Source: a bacterium UBP6_UBA1177 (GTDB lineage Bacteria; UBP6; UBA1177). From it: a DNA stretch of 64,000 nt. The notes under the pieces were generated by a model that saw only the letters and a program-made list of their open reading frames with translations, was not told where the DNA came from and searched no databases. A program made the position numbers and the translations under genes. The stretch covers positions 12,596-76,595 of the forward strand of contig DBYV01000055.1 of assembly GCA_002310995.1 (NCBI GenBank), read 5' to 3'. Shown here one piece after another: positions 62,574 to 64,000 of this stretch (position 1 is its first letter; every line of letters starts with the position of its first letter).

Positions 62574-62933
62574 TTATAAAAACTCATCGATATATTCGTT
62601 TATCTTCGCAGTGCAGTAGAGCGGCAGGTTAAGGAGTCTGAATTTTTTGCCTCCGATGCCGTTTACAATCGGAGTTTTTAGTTCGTCAATAGAAAATTTT
62701 CCGCTGTAAAGCCTTATTGCGCAGGTGCAGTCGGAATTATCGATGTAAGAATGAAGAGAACGCAATCTTCCGGTGCTTCCTGATTTCACCTCGATCGGAT
62801 AGATCCTGCCTTTGTAAATACACAAAGTCAAGGCATTTTTTATGGTATTTCGACACAAAGTCAAGGCATTTTTTGAGATATTTTGGCACAAAGTCAAGGT
62901 AATTTCGATGTGCGATTTATAATACTGATCCAC
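62574..62933 (-). pseudogene. truncated DUF4143/COG1373-type ATPase gene: only the C-terminal ~80 codons remain, fused to repeat-encoded residues
   Basis: KGRIYPIEVKSGSTGRLRSLHSYI...LLNLPLYCT is the typical tail of these ~400-aa ATPases. The N-terminal 40 codons of the ORF are the 33-bp x3 repeat (KNALTLC...). No AAA domain is present. Confidence 0.6.
62821..62907. repeat. 33-bp tandem repeat, 3 copies
   Basis: CACAAAGTCAAGGCATTTTTT occurs at 62821 and 62854 (identical). CACAAAGTCAAGGTAATTTCG occurs at 62887. Variable segments of 12 nt lie between the copies. Confidence 0.9.
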
Positions 62934-62975
62934 ATTTGTTTGCAGAAAACCAGCCGGCAGGAACTCTTTTCCGTT

Positions 62976-64000
62976 TTAGATCTCAGGAAAACTCAGTGTT
63001 TTCGGGATGAAAAACGTGTTGTAAAGGTGGATCGCGTAGGAATCGGTTAGGCTTGCGATGAAATCCGCTATAGTTGTTTCCTTGTCTTCGGAAACGGGGA
63101 TGAAGTTCGAATTCAGAATGATGTCGTAGTTTTCCTGAAAGTGCTTGAAAAGGACGGAAATGATCTGCTCGGCTTTGGCGAATTCCTTTCTGATCGCGGG
63201 AAGTTCATAGACGTTTGAGAACATAAATTCCCTTAAATCGCCGATGATCTGCACCATTTTGTCGGAAAAGCGGATGATTTTTTCGTGTGCCGAAATCGCT
63301 TCGTAGCTGTTGTAGATGAGGTCCGTCGTCATCGCGTTGATGCGCTGGGAGCCTCTTTCGCCTAAAATATCCTTGTGCGGAACATCTTTAATGTCGAGAA
63401 ATCCGCCGCGGACGGCATCGTCGATATCGTGGTTCAAATAGGCGATGATATCGGAAAAACGGATGATCTGCCCTTCAAGAGTTTCGGGAATGCCTGTTTT
63501 TTTGATGAGCGGCCCTTTGCCCTTGGAATGAAGCACAATCCCGTTGCGGACTTCGTAAGTCAGATTTAGCCCTTGACCGTTTTTTGCGAGAAAATCGACT
63601 ACGCGCAGGCTCTGCTGCTCGTGCCGAAAGCCGTTTTTGAGAAGTCTTCCCAAAGCTCTTTCGCCGGAATGACCGAAAGGAGTGTGTCCCAAATCGTGGC
63701 CGAGACCTATCGCCTCTGTCAGCGATTCGTTGAGAAGAAGTGCTTTCGCCACGGTCCTGCCTATCTGCGAAACTTCAAGCGTGTGGGTGAGACGGTTGCT
63801 GTAGTTGCTCCCTTTCGGCGAAAGGAAAACCTGCGTTTTGTCGCCCAGTCTGCGGAAAGCTTTGGTGTGAACGATCCTGTCACGGTCGTGCTGAAACGCA
63901 GGCCTGATGCTGCACGGTTCCTCTTCGCGCATTCTTCCTTTCGACTGAGAACTGAGCGCCGCAGCCCATGAAAGCTCCCGTTTTTCTATCTCTTCAAGGT
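62976..64000 (-). CDS. dgt: dGTP triphosphohydrolase-like HD-domain protein (5' end beyond the right edge)
   Basis: FQHDRDRIVHTKAFRRL, HTLEVSQIGR and GHDLGHTPFGH. The reading frame stays open upstream of the track ATG (63932) to the window edge (LEEIEKRELSWAAALSSQSKGR...), as expected for the family N-terminus. Confidence 0.85.
   Translation of the reverse strand, partial: LEEIEKRELSWAAALSSQSKGRMREEEPCSIRPAFQHDRDRIVHTKAFRRLGDKTQVFLSPKGSNYSNRLTHTLEVSQIGRTVAKALLLNESLTEAIGLGHDLGHTPFGHSGERALGRLLKNGFRHEQQSLRVVDFLAKNGQGLNLTYEVRNGIVLHSKGKGPLIKKTGIPETLEGQIIRFSDIIAYLNHDIDDAVRGGFLDIKDVPHKDILGERGSQRINAMTTDLIYNSYEAISAHEKIIRFSDKMVQIIGDLREFMFSNVYELPAIRKEFAKAEQIISVLFKHFQENYDIILNSNFIPVSEDKETTIADFIASLTDSYAIHLYNTFFIPKTLSFPEI

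Noticed and set aside
62821-62907. Mini CRISPR array
   Set aside because: There are only three 21-nt repeats with 12-nt spacers. No cas genes are present, the third repeat is degenerate, and the array lies inside an ORF or remnant. It fits a plain tandem duplication.
62574-62933. Intact 119-aa gene as given in the ORF track
   Set aside because: Only the last ~80 residues resemble the C-terminus of ~400-aa DUF4143 ATPases. The first 40 are encoded by the tandem repeat, and the AAA domain is missing. It is better described as a remnant.
60234-62975. Transposon or IS insertion explaining the paralog B duplication
   Set aside because: There is no transposase, integrase or recombinase ORF. Apart from the 14-mer inside the ATPase remnants there are no terminal inverted repeats, and no target-site duplication is visible.

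Overview
This is a 64-kb chromosomal segment from an unidentified, lipoprotein-rich, diderm-type bacterium. GC content looks moderate but was not computed. RBSs are AGGAG-type and a TTGACT-N16-TAAAAT promoter pattern recurs. All family calls are from motif memory; no searches were run. I can support about 55 protein-coding genes, two decayed gene remnants, several promoters and terminators, and three kinds of non-coding repeat. I see no rRNA, tRNA, CRISPR array, transposase, integrase or phage genes. Housekeeping content: cdaA-cdaR-cysC, folP, cysD, lat, an amgK/murU-like pair, pckA, nadB, trxA, a glgC-GH57 glycogen operon, nupC-glk, a DegT aminotransferase, DUF1846, a MATE pump, trmD-rplS and a dGTPase-like gene. 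Signalling genes: an orphan histidine kinase, a GAF protein, a PilZ protein and a 1265-aa tandem-cyclase/AAA/TPR protein. Accessory content sits in two islands of secreted or lipoprotein genes. Island 1 (2.5-12.0 kb) holds two acidic-tailed proteins ending in KSDGCSMLFV, two multi-DUF1566 lipoproteins and a MopE-like/choice-of-anchor-L-like protein. Island 2 (56.1-62.9 kb) holds an IgGFc-binding-like lipoprotein and two DUF1566 paralogs with identical leaders and signal peptides, set among scars of DUF4143 ATPase genes. The observations most worth follow-up: (1) 9-nt-periodic TAGGG arrays sit directly 3' of the only two sulfate-activation genes, cysC and cysD, which lie 16 kb apart on opposite strands. 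(2) A very short Cys-containing C-terminal tag (SDGC-SMLFV) is shared by two unrelated acidic-tailed proteins, and an orphan copy of its coding sequence lies in an intergenic region. (3) A near-identical 32-nt promoter cassette occurs three times in island 1. (4) A RelA/SpoT-like nucleotidyltransferase and a thioredoxin are embedded in the glycogen operon. (5) The cysD leader is structured. (6) Rearrangement scars and a 33-bp x3 repeat flank the duplicated DUF1566 gene. No complete novel multi-gene system (defence, secretion or sorting machinery) is demonstrable inside this window. The tag and the TAGGG arrays are cis elements whose trans partners, if any, must be encoded elsewhere.
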